Of a stretch of DNA of 32,000 nucleotides, positions 16,323-25,858 are shown in pieces. The stretch spans positions 510,001 through 542,000 of the forward strand of contig NC_005070.1 in NCBI RefSeq assembly GCF_000195975.1, read 5' to 3'. A model generated the notes under the pieces. That model made no database searches. It was not told the DNA's origin and saw only the letters and a list, made by a program, of their open reading frames with translations. Origin of the DNA: Parasynechococcus marenigrum WH 8102 (GTDB lineage Bacteria; Cyanobacteriota; Cyanobacteriia; PCC-6307; Cyanobiaceae). Numbering within the stretch: position 1 is the first letter of the stretch; every line of letters begins with the position of its first letter. Both the position numbers and the translations under genes were made by a program.

Positions 16323-17909
16323 ATGTCCAAAGTTCTGGTTTCCGACCCGATTGATCAGGCCGGGGTCGACATTCTCAGCCAAGTGGCTCAGGTGGACCAG
16401 CGTCCTGGTCTCTCCCCCGAGGAACTGGTCAGCGTGATCGGTGATTACGACGGATTGATGATCCGTTCCGGCACGCAGGTGACCGCCGAGGTGATCGCGG
16501 CTGCATCCAAGCTCAAGATCATCGGCCGCGCCGGGGTCGGTGTGGACAACGTCGATGTGCCGGCTGCCACCCAGCGCGGGGTGCTGGTGGTGAATTCCCC
16601 TGAGGGCAACACCATCGCGGCGGCGGAGCATGCCCTGGCGATGATGCTGTCCCTGTCGCGGCACGTGCCCCAGGCCCATGCGGGCATGCGGGTCGGCAAG
16701 TGGGACCGCAAGAAATACGTCGGCAACGAGCTTTATAAGAAGACACTTGGCGTGGTGGGTCTGGGCAAGATCGGCTCCCATGTCGCCCGCGTCGCCCGGG
16801 CCATGGGCATGGAGGTGATCGCCTATGACCCCTTCATTGCTGCTGATCGCGCCCAGCAGATGCAGGTGCGGCTCACCGAACTGGATGAGTTGTTCCGCAC
16901 GGCGGATTACGTGACCTTGCACATCCCCCGTACCAAGGATACCGAGAACCTGGTGAATGCGGAGCTGCTGCGCACGATGAAACCCACGGCGCGGATCGTG
17001 AACTGCGCCCGGGGTGGGGTGGTGGATGAAGCGGCCATCGCTGAGGCCATCAACGGCGGCGTGATCGCTGGTGCCGGTCTGGATGTGTACGCCAGCGAGC
17101 CACTGGCGGAGGACTCACCCCTGCGGGCGGTGGAGCGCGGGTTGGTGCTGACCCCTCACCTCGGCGCTTCGACGGAGGAGGCTCAGGAGAATGTGGCGAT
17201 CGATGTGGCGGAGCAGATCCGGGATGTGTTGCTGGGGCTGCCGGCACGCAGTGCCGTCAACATCCCCGGCCTGAGTGCCGAGATCATGGAGCGGCTGAAG
17301 CCGCACCTGCAGCTGGCGGAGACCGTCGGCGGCCTGGTGAGTCAGCTGTCCGGTGGTCAGGTTCAGGAGTTGGAATTGCGGTTGCAGGGGGATTTCGCCA
17401 GCCATCCCTCCCAGCCGCTGGTGATCGCCTCCCTGAAGGGTCTGCTGGGGGCGGTGCTGGGGGACAGCATCAACTTTGTGAATGCTTCGTTGGAGGCCAA
17501 GGCCCGAGGCATCCGCGTGCTGGAGGTGAAGGATGAGGCCAGCCGTGATTACGCCGGCGGCTCGCTGCAGCTGATCAGCCGCGGTGATCAGGGCAGCCGC
17601 AGCGTCACCGGGGCTGTGTTCGCCGATGGGGAGCTGCGGATCACCAGCATTGATGAATTCCCGGTGAACGTGACCCCCAGCAGTCACATGCTGTTCACCC
17701 GTCACCGGGACATGCCCGGCATCATCGGTCAGCTGGGATCGATGCTCGGCGAGCACAACGTGAACATCGCGGCGATGCAGGTGGGACGCAAGATCGTCCG
17801 CGGCGATGCGGTGATGGTGCTCAGCATCGATGACCCCATCCCGGCAGCCTTGTTGCAGACGATCACCGCGATTGAGGGAATCCAGGAAGCCCATCCGGTC
17901 AGCCTCTGA
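16323..17909 (+). CDS. serA: D-3-phosphoglycerate dehydrogenase
   Basis: ATG 16323 (MSKVLVSDPIDQAG). NAD-binding motif GVVGLGKIGSHVA. The C-terminal ACT domain gives the long (528 aa) form. Confidence 0.93.
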   Translation: MSKVLVSDPIDQAGVDILSQVAQVDQRPGLSPEELVSVIGDYDGLMIRSGTQVTAEVIAAASKLKIIGRAGVGVDNVDVPAATQRGVLVVNSPEGNTIAAAEHALAMMLSLSRHVPQAHAGMRVGKWDRKKYVGNELYKKTLGVVGLGKIGSHVARVARAMGMEVIAYDPFIAADRAQQMQVRLTELDELFRTADYVTLHIPRTKDTENLVNAELLRTMKPTARIVNCARGGVVDEAAIAEAINGGVIAGAGLDVYASEPLAEDSPLRAVERGLVLTPHLGASTEEAQENVAIDVAEQIRDVLLGLPARSAVNIPGLSAEIMERLKPHLQLAETVGGLVSQLSGGQVQELELRLQGDFASHPSQPLVIASLKGLLGAVLGDSINFVNASLEAKARGIRVLEVKDEASRDYAGGSLQLISRGDQGSRSVTGAVFADGELRITSIDEFPVNVTPSSHMLFTRHRDMPGIIGQLGSMLGEHNVNIAAMQVGRKIVRGDAVMVLSIDDPIPAALLQTITAIEGIQEAHPVSL

Positions 17910-18796
17910 TGTGGTGGCGTCTGACGATGGCGTGTCCTCCTGAGCTGGAGGAGTCGCTCGTTTGGAAACTGACTGACCTGGGCCTGCACCGCCATGCGGT
18001 GCAGCACGCGCCGGAGACGCCGGATCGGAAGCAGTTGTTGCTGTGGTTGCCGCAGCCGGAATGGCCTGAAGCGGAACGTCAGCAGCTCCTGGCCAGTCTG
18101 GAGCCCCTGGCGGAACCCTTCGGCTTACCGCTGCCGCAGGGCCACTGGGATGACGTGGCGGATGAGGACTGGAGCCTGAGCTGGAAGCAGCACTGGCAGC
18201 CGGATCCGGTGGGGGAGGGGCTGCTGATCCTGCCGGCCTGGCTGGAGGTGCCACCCGAGCACGGCGAACGGCTGGTGATCCGCATGGATCCCGGCAGCGC
18301 CTTCGGCACCGGCAGCCACCCCACGACGCGCCTTTGCCTCGAGGCGCTGGAGAAAGCTCCACCCGTCGGCGCCCTTGTGGCGGATCTGGGTTGCGGCAGC
18401 GGGGTGCTGGGGTTGGCGGCCCTGGGATTGGGAGCCACGGCCGTGGTGGCGGCCGACACCGATTCCCTGGCGGTGCGGGCCACGGGCGACAATCGCGAGC
18501 TCAACGGACGCCCCGCCGATCTGCTGAAGGTGAGCCTGGGATCGGTGGAGGCCCTGCAGCACCTGCTGGAGGGGCGTCGGGCCGATCTCTTGCTGTGCAA
18601 TATCCTGGCGCCGGTGATCGAAGCGCTGGCTCCAGGATTCGAGGCTCTGGTGGCCCCTGAGGGTCGTGCGCTGCTGAGTGGCCTGCTGGTGGACCAGGCC
18701 CCCAGGCTGGAGCAGGTGCTGGGGGATCTGGGCTGGCGGGTGTCGGCACGGGGCTCCCAGGGCCGTTGGGGCCTGCTCGAGATTCAGCGCCGTTGA
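17909..18796 (+). CDS. prmA: ribosomal protein L11 methyltransferase
   Basis: IRMDPGSAFGTGSHPTTRLCLEALE and ADLGCGSGVLGLAA motifs. Its ATG overlaps the serA stop (TGATG). Confidence 0.88.
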   Translation: MWWRLTMACPPELEESLVWKLTDLGLHRHAVQHAPETPDRKQLLLWLPQPEWPEAERQQLLASLEPLAEPFGLPLPQGHWDDVADEDWSLSWKQHWQPDPVGEGLLILPAWLEVPPEHGERLVIRMDPGSAFGTGSHPTTRLCLEALEKAPPVGALVADLGCGSGVLGLAALGLGATAVVAADTDSLAVRATGDNRELNGRPADLLKVSLGSVEALQHLLEGRRADLLLCNILAPVIEALAPGFEALVAPEGRALLSGLLVDQAPRLEQVLGDLGWRVSARGSQGRWGLLEIQRR

Positions 18797-18954
18797 GGCC
18801 TCAAAAGCAATAAGCCAGGCTTATCAGTGGATGGTCTCCGATTGGACCTCATCGGTCGCAGGCCCAGAACCCGCTTGATTACCCCTTGTCTGCAGTAGAT
18901 AAGTGCGGTCCTGCAGGACCGGCCAACCGGGACCCTGTACGCATTCACCAAGTC

Positions 18955-19254
18955 ATGGCTTCCTACAAGGTCACCCTGGTCAGCGAGAGCGAAGGTCTCA
19001 ACAAGACCATCGAAGTGCCCGACGACCAGTACATCCTCGACGCTGCTGAAGAGCAGGGCATCGACCTGCCCTACTCCTGCCGCGCTGGCGCTTGCTCCAC
19101 CTGCGCCGGCAAGATCACCGCTGGCACCGTCGATCAGTCCGACCAGAGCTTCCTGGACGACGACCAGATCGAAGCCGGTTTCGTGCTCACCTGCGTGGCT
19201 TACCCCACCTCCGACTGCACCATTAAGACCCACGCCGAGGAAGAGCTCTATTGA
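18955..19254 (+). CDS. petF: plant-type [2Fe-2S] ferredoxin
   Basis: ATG 18955. MASYKVTLV...[17 protein letters not shown]...[22 protein letters not shown]. 99 aa. Confidence 0.95.
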   Translation: MASYKVTLVSESEGLNKTIEVPDDQYILDAAEEQGIDLPYSCRAGACSTCAGKITAGTVDQSDQSFLDDDQIEAGFVLTCVAYPTSDCTIKTHAEEELY

Positions 19255-19261
19255 GCCCTTC

Positions 19262-19310
19262 ACCCGATATCGGGTTTTCACTTCAACCACCCCTGCGGGG
19301 GTGGTTTTTT
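19262..19310 (+). terminator. tandem hairpins forming the petF terminator
   Basis: A 14-nt perfect palindrome ACCCGATATCGGGT (19262..19275) is followed by TTTT. Then a stem CCACCCC / GGGGTGG (19287..19304) with loop TGCG is followed by 6 T. Confidence 0.8.
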
Positions 19311-19354
19311 GTTGCTCAGCACCCTTGCATGACCCTGACCATCCCGCTGTCGCC

Positions 19355-19786
19355 GTGATCCGTCCCGATGTCGAGGAACTGCTGGACGCCGGCAGCATTC
19401 ACACCAGCCCCGGGGGGCAGTACAGCTTCCGCGTGATCGGCCCCTGCTGTCGCCTGTTCGATCGTGAGGAGTTGCCCTGGCCCTGTTGTCGGTTGGCCTG
19501 GCACAGCAAGGAGCCCAGCTGGCGTCGGGTGGGGCGTCGCTTTGTTCCGGACCTGGCGGCGCGGCGTTGCCCCTCCTATGCCGTTGAATTGCTTCAGCCG
19601 GGCTCCCGGCCCACCGCCACGGTGCTGACGCTGTTTTCGGTGCGGTTCAGCCGTGAGCTTCAGGAATGGTGGTACAGCCGCCATCCCCGCTCGATGGAGC
19701 CGCCCAATCTCCTTCCTCCTTCCCCTGCTGAGCCAACAGAAAACCCCAGCGGCCCTAAAGCCACTGGGGTGAGTGAATCCGATTGA
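19355..19786 (+). CDS. hypothetical protein with two vicinal Cys-Cys pairs
   Basis: High GC3 ORF. The ORF-track start at 19301 lies inside the petF terminator, so GTG 19355 or TTG 19325 is more likely. Contains GPCCRLF and PWPCCRLAW. Confidence 0.5.
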   Translation: MIRPDVEELLDAGSIHTSPGGQYSFRVIGPCCRLFDREELPWPCCRLAWHSKEPSWRRVGRRFVPDLAARRCPSYAVELLQPGSRPTATVLTLFSVRFSRELQEWWYSRHPRSMEPPNLLPPSPAEPTENPSGPKATGVSESD

Positions 19787-19795
19787 TGGTCGCAA

Positions 19796-20308
19796 TCAGA
19801 AGTAGATCTTGCCGCCGCCCCAGGCGGTGCCCTGAACCTTGGGAGCTACCAGGATGTATCCGGCCATCAGGCGCAGTTCCTCATCGGTGAGATCGCGCAT
19901 GGCGGGATAGAGCTCGGCATCGCGCATGCTCGGGTGCAGGTCGGCAATGCTGTATTCGCCGTCATAGGAGGTGGGGTCCTTCATGTAGTCCACCAGGGCA
20001 TCGACGTTGTCGCGTGCCGGTGTGGCCAGGGCCAGGGTCTCGGGATCGAGGCCCACGTTCTGGTTGGTCTTGGTGATGCCACCGGCGTGGCAGGTGCCGC
20101 AGCTTGTGTTGAACACCTTTCGGCCGGTGTTGATCTCTTGCTCGCTGAAGGTCACCTGAGTGCCCTCAGGGTTGCCAGGAACGGTGAGGGTCTCGGCATC
20201 CCATCGAACCGCCTCTGCCGGGGACGCCAACACCAGCCCGATCAGCACGGGAACCAGGATGAGGAGTCCCTTCAGGGATCGCTGCAGTGTGGAGAAAAGA
20301 GAGGCCAT
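19796..20308 (-). CDS. psbV: cytochrome c-550 (PsbV), PSII extrinsic subunit
   Basis: Heme motif CGTCHAGG. Signal peptide MASLFSTLQRSLKGLLILVPVLIGLVLASPAEA. ATG 20308 is preferred over the upstream TTG 20344. Confidence 0.92.
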   Translation of the reverse strand: MASLFSTLQRSLKGLLILVPVLIGLVLASPAEAVRWDAETLTVPGNPEGTQVTFSEQEINTGRKVFNTSCGTCHAGGITKTNQNVGLDPETLALATPARDNVDALVDYMKDPTSYDGEYSIADLHPSMRDAELYPAMRDLTDEELRLMAGYILVAPKVQGTAWGGGKIYF

Positions 20309-20382
20309 GAAGGACGCCGGGGATTGACGGACAAACCGCACCAAGCCCTTGTATCACGGCAAGTTGGCCGTCTGCGGCGGAA

Positions 20383-21342
20383 TCACGAACTGTTGCAGCA
20401 GGGTTTCACATCCAGGCTGAGGAAGTCCTTGGCCAGGACCGTGTTGGGGAAGATCGCCTGCGCTTCCTTCAACAGGTCGTCGGGGCTGACCGGGTTGCCC
20501 GGCACATAACGGGGACTGAGATGGGTGATCGCCAGCTGTCCCACCCCGGCTTCAGCTGCGGTCTGGGCCGCCATGGTGCTGGTGGAGTGCTGTTTCTGGA
20601 AGGCCATCTCCGCCTCAGCGTGGGCGAAGGTCGATTCATGGATGAGCAGATCCACGCCTCGGGCCAGCTCAACGGCGGCGTCGCAGAACACGGTGTCGGT
20701 GCAGATCATCACGCTCACCCCCGGTCGCTCCGGTCCGCAGAGGGTGGTGCCGTCGATCACGCGGCCGTCCTCCAGGGTGACGCTCTCCCCCCGCTTCAGC
20801 TGTGCATACACCGGCCCTGGCGGAATGCCGAGGGACCGGGCTTTGTCGATGTCGAACCGACCCGCCAGGGGCTTTTGGTCCACCCGGTAGGCGTAAGCGG
20901 GCACCCGGTGGGTCAGGGGGGTGCAGCGCACGGTGAGCTCGTCGTCTTCGAACAGCAGCGTTCCCTGCTCAGCCGCCGGCCGTGAGCGGTGCACCTGAAG
21001 CGGATAGCCGATGCGGGTGGAGCTGGTGTTCAGCGCACCCTTCAGAAACGACTCGAGCGGGTCAGGGCCGTAGAGATCCACCCCGTCCTGGCAGGAGCCG
21101 GACAATCCCAGGCTGGCCAGCAATCCCGGCAGCCCGAAGACGTGATCACCATGCATGTGGGTGACAAAGACCCGCCGCAGCTGCGACAGGCGCAGATCGC
21201 TGCGCAGAAACTGATGCTGGGTGCCCTCGCCACAGTCGAACAGCCACATCTCCGATCGCTGGGGCAGACGCAGCGCCACGGCGGAGACGTTGCGCGCCCG
21301 CGTGGGCACTCCGGAACTGGTACCGAGAAAGGTGACCTGCAC
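20383..21342 (-). CDS. rnz: ribonuclease Z (tRNA 3' endonuclease)
   Basis: [26 protein letters not shown] and the metallo-beta-lactamase motif HMHGDH. 319 aa. Confidence 0.9.
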   Translation of the reverse strand: MQVTFLGTSSGVPTRARNVSAVALRLPQRSEMWLFDCGEGTQHQFLRSDLRLSQLRRVFVTHMHGDHVFGLPGLLASLGLSGSCQDGVDLYGPDPLESFLKGALNTSSTRIGYPLQVHRSRPAAEQGTLLFEDDELTVRCTPLTHRVPAYAYRVDQKPLAGRFDIDKARSLGIPPGPVYAQLKRGESVTLEDGRVIDGTTLCGPERPGVSVMICTDTVFCDAAVELARGVDLLIHESTFAHAEAEMAFQKQHSTSTMAAQTAAEAGVGQLAITHLSPRYVPGNPVSPDDLLKEAQAIFPNTVLAKDFLSLDVKPCCNSS

Positions 21343-21423
21343 GGCCGCTGATCCTCAAGCGCCATGCTGCCATCTTGCTGGCCCTGAACACTCAAGTCAC
21401 ACTAGGGCAAGTTCTGGTGTTGC

Positions 21424-22752
21424 GTGCGTTTCGCTCCGATCGTCGCCCTGATGGGCTGTGCCGTCGTCAGCGCTGTCGCTCCGCCAGCTGCTGTTCCCCT
21501 CGGGCGAGAGCCGCAGATGCGCGTGCTGGTGCAGGAAGGCTCGCGCCTGGCCCTGCGGGCCGATGGCGAGCAGTTGTTTGAGGTGCGTGGTCTGCCGGGG
21601 GGACGCCGCTCGTTGCGGCGGTTTGTGCTGCGTTTGCGCGGCGGAGCGCTGGTGGCGGAGCTGGATGGCGAGCAGCTACGACTTCCGGCCAGCAGCCTGC
21701 TTCGGGTGACTTCCAATGATCCCCGGGGCATCTGGCTGGGGCAGCGCCGTTACCGGGGCGAGTTGCGCCTCAGCGGCCGCGGCGGTCAGCTCAGGGCCGT
21801 CAACGCCCTCGGCATCGAGGCGTACCTGATGAGTGTGGTGGGCAGTGAGATGCCCCATCAATGGCCGCTGGCTGCCCTGCAGGCTCAGGCTGTTGCTGCG
21901 CGCACCTATGCCCTGCAGCAACGCAGCCGCGGGGGGGGCTGGGACCTGAAGGCCACGGTGTCTAGCCAGGTGTATCTCGGCGTCGAGTCCGAAACCCCGA
22001 GTACCCGCAAGGCTGTCGCCAGCACCCGCTCCCTGGTGCTGGTGCATGGGGGCAAGTTGATCAATGCTGTGTTCCACAGCAGTTCCGGTGGCGTCACGGA
22101 GGCCAGCGGCATGGTCTGGCGCAACCAGCTCCCCTACCTGGTGAGCGTGCCGGACCACGACCAGCACAGTCCGATGCATCGCTGGCAGGAGCGGTTCGAT
22201 CTGGAGGGTCTCCGCCAACGGTTGCCGGAAACCGGTGGTGTGAATGCGGTTGATGTGCTGAGCCGCACTGCCAGTGGACGGGTGCGGCAGGCGCGGCTGC
22301 AGGGGCCGCGGGGGTCGTTGCTGCTCAGCGGCGCAGATCTCCGGCGCCGTCTGGGTCTCAAGAGCACCTTGGTGAGCTTTGAGATGGTTCAGGCCACGGC
22401 ACCGGCACCCCCTGAACCCCTGCCAGCCCTACAAGCAAGGCCGGTTCGCGGTCGCTCCCGCCTGGCCCAGCTCACGGCAGCGGTGGCCAGTCCTCGCCCA
22501 TCGCTGCTGGGGGGGCATGGCCGGCAGCGCCGGCATGTGGTGCCAGGGATGCAACTGCTGGTGACGGGCCAGGGCCATGGCCATGGCGTGGGGATGAGTC
22601 AGTGGGGGGCCAACGGCCTGGCCCGCCAGGGCGCTGACTTCCGCACGATCCTGAGCCATTACTACCGGGGGGCTGATGTGATGCCCTATCAACCCCATCA
22701 CGATTCAGCGGTGGCGCAGGCCTGGCCATCGGCGCCAGCTTGGAGGGGTTGA
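21424..22752 (+). CDS. SpoIID/LytB domain protein (peptidoglycan remodelling)
   Basis: IEAYLMSVVGSEMP...LQAQAVAARTYAL...AVFHSSSGGVTE...GHGHGVGMSQWGANGLA are the hallmark SpoIID motifs. Starts at GTG and has an N-terminal signal-like segment. Confidence 0.85.
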   Translation: MRFAPIVALMGCAVVSAVAPPAAVPLGREPQMRVLVQEGSRLALRADGEQLFEVRGLPGGRRSLRRFVLRLRGGALVAELDGEQLRLPASSLLRVTSNDPRGIWLGQRRYRGELRLSGRGGQLRAVNALGIEAYLMSVVGSEMPHQWPLAALQAQAVAARTYALQQRSRGGGWDLKATVSSQVYLGVESETPSTRKAVASTRSLVLVHGGKLINAVFHSSSGGVTEASGMVWRNQLPYLVSVPDHDQHSPMHRWQERFDLEGLRQRLPETGGVNAVDVLSRTASGRVRQARLQGPRGSLLLSGADLRRRLGLKSTLVSFEMVQATAPAPPEPLPALQARPVRGRSRLAQLTAAVASPRPSLLGGHGRQRRHVVPGMQLLVTGQGHGHGVGMSQWGANGLARQGADFRTILSHYYRGADVMPYQPHHDSAVAQAWPSAPAWRG

Positions 22753-22765
22753 TTCAGCGCTGCTG

Positions 22766-23548
22766 TTGCCCTCCTTCTTCATCGATCCGGATCCGCCGAG
22801 CTCCGCTGTGGCGTTGTGCTCAAGGCTGGTGGACGAGCTGGAGCAGGCTCTGCGCCTGAACCTGGAGGGTCCCTCGGCCCGTCGGCCTCTGGGGTTGGCC
22901 ACCGGACGCACGATGGAGCCGCTGTATGCCGCGTTAGTGGAGCGCCTGCTGGGCTGGCCCTCAGGCGATCTCGCAGCCCTGCGGCGGAGCTGGTGCAGCT
23001 TCAATCTGGATGAGTACCTGGGGCTGTCAGCCGGTGATCCGCGCAGTTACCGGAGCTTCATGAACGCCCAGCTCGGACGCCCCCTGTCTCTTCCGAAGGG
23101 GGCCTTGCAGTTACCCGATGGACAGGCCGCCGATGCCGATGCTGCCGCCCTGACGTTTCAAGCCGCGCTGAACGAACAGGGCGGCATCGGGGTGCAGCTG
23201 CTGGGGCTGGGCAGCAATGGCCATGTGGGTTTCAACGAACCCCCCTGCGGTCGGGAGCAGGCCTGCCGGGTGGTGGAGCTCTCGGATGCGACGCGACGCC
23301 AGAACGCTGGCCTGTTCAGTGGTGATCCCGAGGCGGTGCCCGTCCGGGCCATCACCCTGGGGCTCAAGGAGATCCTGGCGGCTGAGCAGATCCATCTGGT
23401 GGTCACCGGCCGTGAGAAAGCGCCGATCCTTGGCCGACTGCTGGCCATGGATCAGCCCGATCCGGCATTACCGGCCAGTTGGTTGCTGGAGCATCCCCGG
23501 GTGACCCTCTGGGCCGATGCGGACGCCCTCTCGCTCTCCCTAGTTTGA
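22766..23548 (+). CDS. glucosamine-6-phosphate deaminase / 6-phosphogluconolactonase family protein
   Basis: GLATGRTMEPLY and LLGLGSNGHVGFNEP are the NagB/Pgl family motifs. Starts at TTG. Confidence 0.8.
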   Translation: MPSFFIDPDPPSSAVALCSRLVDELEQALRLNLEGPSARRPLGLATGRTMEPLYAALVERLLGWPSGDLAALRRSWCSFNLDEYLGLSAGDPRSYRSFMNAQLGRPLSLPKGALQLPDGQAADADAAALTFQAALNEQGGIGVQLLGLGSNGHVGFNEPPCGREQACRVVELSDATRRQNAGLFSGDPEAVPVRAITLGLKEILAAEQIHLVVTGREKAPILGRLLAMDQPDPALPASWLLEHPRVTLWADADALSLSLV

Positions 23549-23569
23549 ACGCCTGAAAGCGTCGCTTCG

Positions 23570-23833
23570 ATGAGCATCGATCCCGTGGAACGCCGCCTCG
23601 AGCAGAGCTTTGAAGCGGAGCGCTGGACGCGCTTCATTCAGGATTGCCAAGACATTGAGCAGCTGCGGGAGGCGGCGCTGGGATTGGTGCAGCAGCTCGC
23701 GCAGCAGAAGGCCGCCAGTGCCTGGATGGCCAGCCGCGCCTCCGAATCTGAAAACGCCAAGCTGCAGATGCTGGCCCGAATGATCCGCCAGACGGACGAC
23801 GACAACTCGACATCCCCCGATCGGGGGATGTGA
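23570..23833 (+). CDS. small hypothetical protein, possibly NblA-like helical
   Basis: 87 aa with an ATG start and high GC3. LEQSFEAERWTRFIQDCQDIEQLREAALGLVQQL resembles the NblA helix pattern (LEQQF...QVQ..S..QA...L..L). This is weak, from memory only. Confidence 0.55.
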   Translation: MSIDPVERRLEQSFEAERWTRFIQDCQDIEQLREAALGLVQQLAQQKAASAWMASRASESENAKLQMLARMIRQTDDDNSTSPDRGM

Positions 23834-23849
23834 CCCTGCGTTGACCGGA

Positions 23850-24023
23850 TCAGCCGTGGTCCTTCTGCCAGCGGCTGAGGCTGGCGGGGGAGAACTTGTG
23901 GCCGTGGCGGGCAGCCACTTTCACCACACAGGAGTTGTCCTTGCCGCAGCGTTGCACCTCATCACGGATGTTGTCGTTGCTCTGCACTCGGGACATGAAC
24001 GTCTCCAGCTGCTTCATCGACAT
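23850..24023 (-). CDS. Nif11-domain small protein (57 aa), below the ORF-track length cutoff
   Basis: Manual translation gives MSMKQLETFMSRVQSNDNIRDEVQRCGKDNSCVVKVAARHGHKFSPASLSRWQKDHG. It fits the Nif11 N-terminal domain pattern MSxxQLxxFLxxVxxDxxLxxxL...vvxiAxxxGFxFsxxxL. A GGAG sits about 10 nt upstream of the ATG. Confidence 0.7.
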   Translation of the reverse strand: MSMKQLETFMSRVQSNDNIRDEVQRCGKDNSCVVKVAARHGHKFSPASLSRWQKDHG

Positions 24024-24134
24024 GGATCGCGTCTCCGGAAGGGATGTTTCCGGCCTAGCTGCTGGTGTTGTGTGCTCCCGAACACAACAGATTTGATCCG
24101 GATTCCCACACAGCGTGTTGCGTTTGCTTGCGCT

Positions 24135-24887
24135 CTATGAAGCTTGCAGCTCCAGATCTTGATCAAAGTTCAGGTTGGCGTTGACGCTGCGCACGTCGTC
24201 CAGTCCGTCGAGGGCATCCAGCAACTTGAGGCACTGGCGGGCGGTGTCGATCTCGCTGATCTCAACGCTGGTCAGGGCTGACCAGCTGTGGCCCCATTCC
24301 CGCACGGTCCAGCCCTGCTGACGCAGGCCGTCCTGCAGGGCCTCCAGGGTGGTGAAGGGTCCATGAACAGTCGCGGTGCCGTCCTCGAGCAGCTCATAGC
24401 CGTCGGCGTCGAGTTCCAGCAGGCTTTCCAGCAGCCGATCCTCATCGGCAGCCGTGGCCTGGATGCTCACTTCGCTGCGGTGCGTGAACAGGTAAGCGAC
24501 GCAGCCACTTTCACCGAGGTTGCCGCCGTTCTTGCTGAAGGCCAGTCGCAGATCGGCCGCTGTGCGATTGCGGTTGTCCGTGAGGGCTTCCACCAGCACG
24601 GCCATGCCGGCAGGGCCATAGCCCTCGTAACGCACCTCCTCCAGCTGGCTGCCGTCGCCCCCCTGGCCGGAGCCTTTGGCGATGGCCCGCTCGATGTTGC
24701 CGGCAGGAACCCCGGCGGCTTTGGCCTTGCTGATCGCTGTGCGCAGCTGAAAGTTTCCGGATGGGTCCGCCCCATCCCGTGCCGCCACCATGATCTCGCG
24801 GCCGAGGCGGGTGAACACCGCACCCCGTTTGGCGTCAACGACGGCCTTGGTGCGTTTGATCTGTGACCATTTGCTGTGGCCGGCCAT
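24135..24887 (-). CDS. YebC/PmpR family DNA-binding transcriptional regulator
   Basis: [32 protein letters not shown] is the invariant YebC N-terminus. 250 aa. Confidence 0.92.
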
Positions 24888-24925
24888 CGCTCCTGCGCAC
24901 CCTGCACCGATGGTGACGTACGGAC

Positions 24926-25858
24926 CTAGCCGCTGGCATCAAACACCACCTTGGGCTGCAGTTGATCGTCCTCCTGGCGCAGGCCGATGCCCGCCATGCT
25001 GCCGTCGGCGTTGCAGACCACCACGGCGTCGCCTGGGCCTGGGTCCAGGCTGAGTCGCCGGCCGCAGCGCCAGTCGGCCTCCTCGCTGTCAGTGAGCTGA
25101 CGGCGGGGCAGGTGCTCCAGGGCCAGCAGCGGTGACAGGGGGGGCGGTGGTGTGGCGTCCGCCTCCGGCAGGGCCTGGGCCTGGGATTCCAAGAAGCCGA
25201 GGGCCTGGGTGCGGCGCAGCTGGGCCAGGCAGCCTCCGCAGCCCAGTTGCTCGCCGAGATCCCTGGCGAGGGAGCGGATGTAGGTGCCGGCGGAGCAGTG
25301 CACCTCCAGGGTCAGCTGTCCCTGGTTGGGGTCCCAGTGCAACAGCTGGAGGCGATGGATGGTCACCGGCCGCGGCGGCAGGACCATCTGTTCCCCTCTC
25401 CGGGCGCGGGCGTGGGCCCGTTCGCCGTCCACATGAACGGCCGATACCTGGGGAGGGCGTTGCTGGATCGGGCCACGGAACGGGGCAAGGGCGACCTCCA
25501 GCTCCTCGGGCTGGAGGTCGGGCCAGGGGGCCTGGCGCAGCAGCTCCCCCTCCAGGTCGTCGCTGCTGGTGATGCTGCCGAGCTGGATCACCCCCCGGTA
25601 AGTCTTGTCCCCGGGGAGGTAGGGCAGCAACCGCGTGGCGGGGCCGAGGGCGATCGGCAGAACCCCTGTCACCGCAGGGTCCAGGGTGCCGCCGTGGCCC
25701 ACCCGTTTGAGGCCATAGCAGCGCCGTAGACGGCTGACGCAGCTGTGGGAGGTGTGGCCGGCGGGTTTGTCGATCACCACGAAGCCGAAGGGGCCGTCCA
25801 AAGGGGGGTGGTCGTCGTGACCCCAGACTGTTGCATCCCAACGGTCCTTCGACGCCAT
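24926..25858 (-). CDS. truB: tRNA pseudouridine(55) synthase
   Basis: [18 protein letters not shown] and [27 protein letters not shown], which includes the catalytic Asp motif. Start is ATG 25858 or in-frame TTG 25801. The ORF-track extension to 26041 is not coding. Confidence 0.88.

Noticed and set aside
19301-19354. ORF-track start of the Cys-Cys protein at 19301.
   Set aside because: That GTG lies inside the stem and T-run of the petF terminator. A downstream TTG or GTG start is more sensible.
23841-24140. 99-aa plus-strand ORF.
   Set aside because: It is the antisense of the Nif11-domain ORF and of the gap downstream of the YebC-family gene. The minus-strand reading gives a recognisable domain, and the plus-strand one does not.
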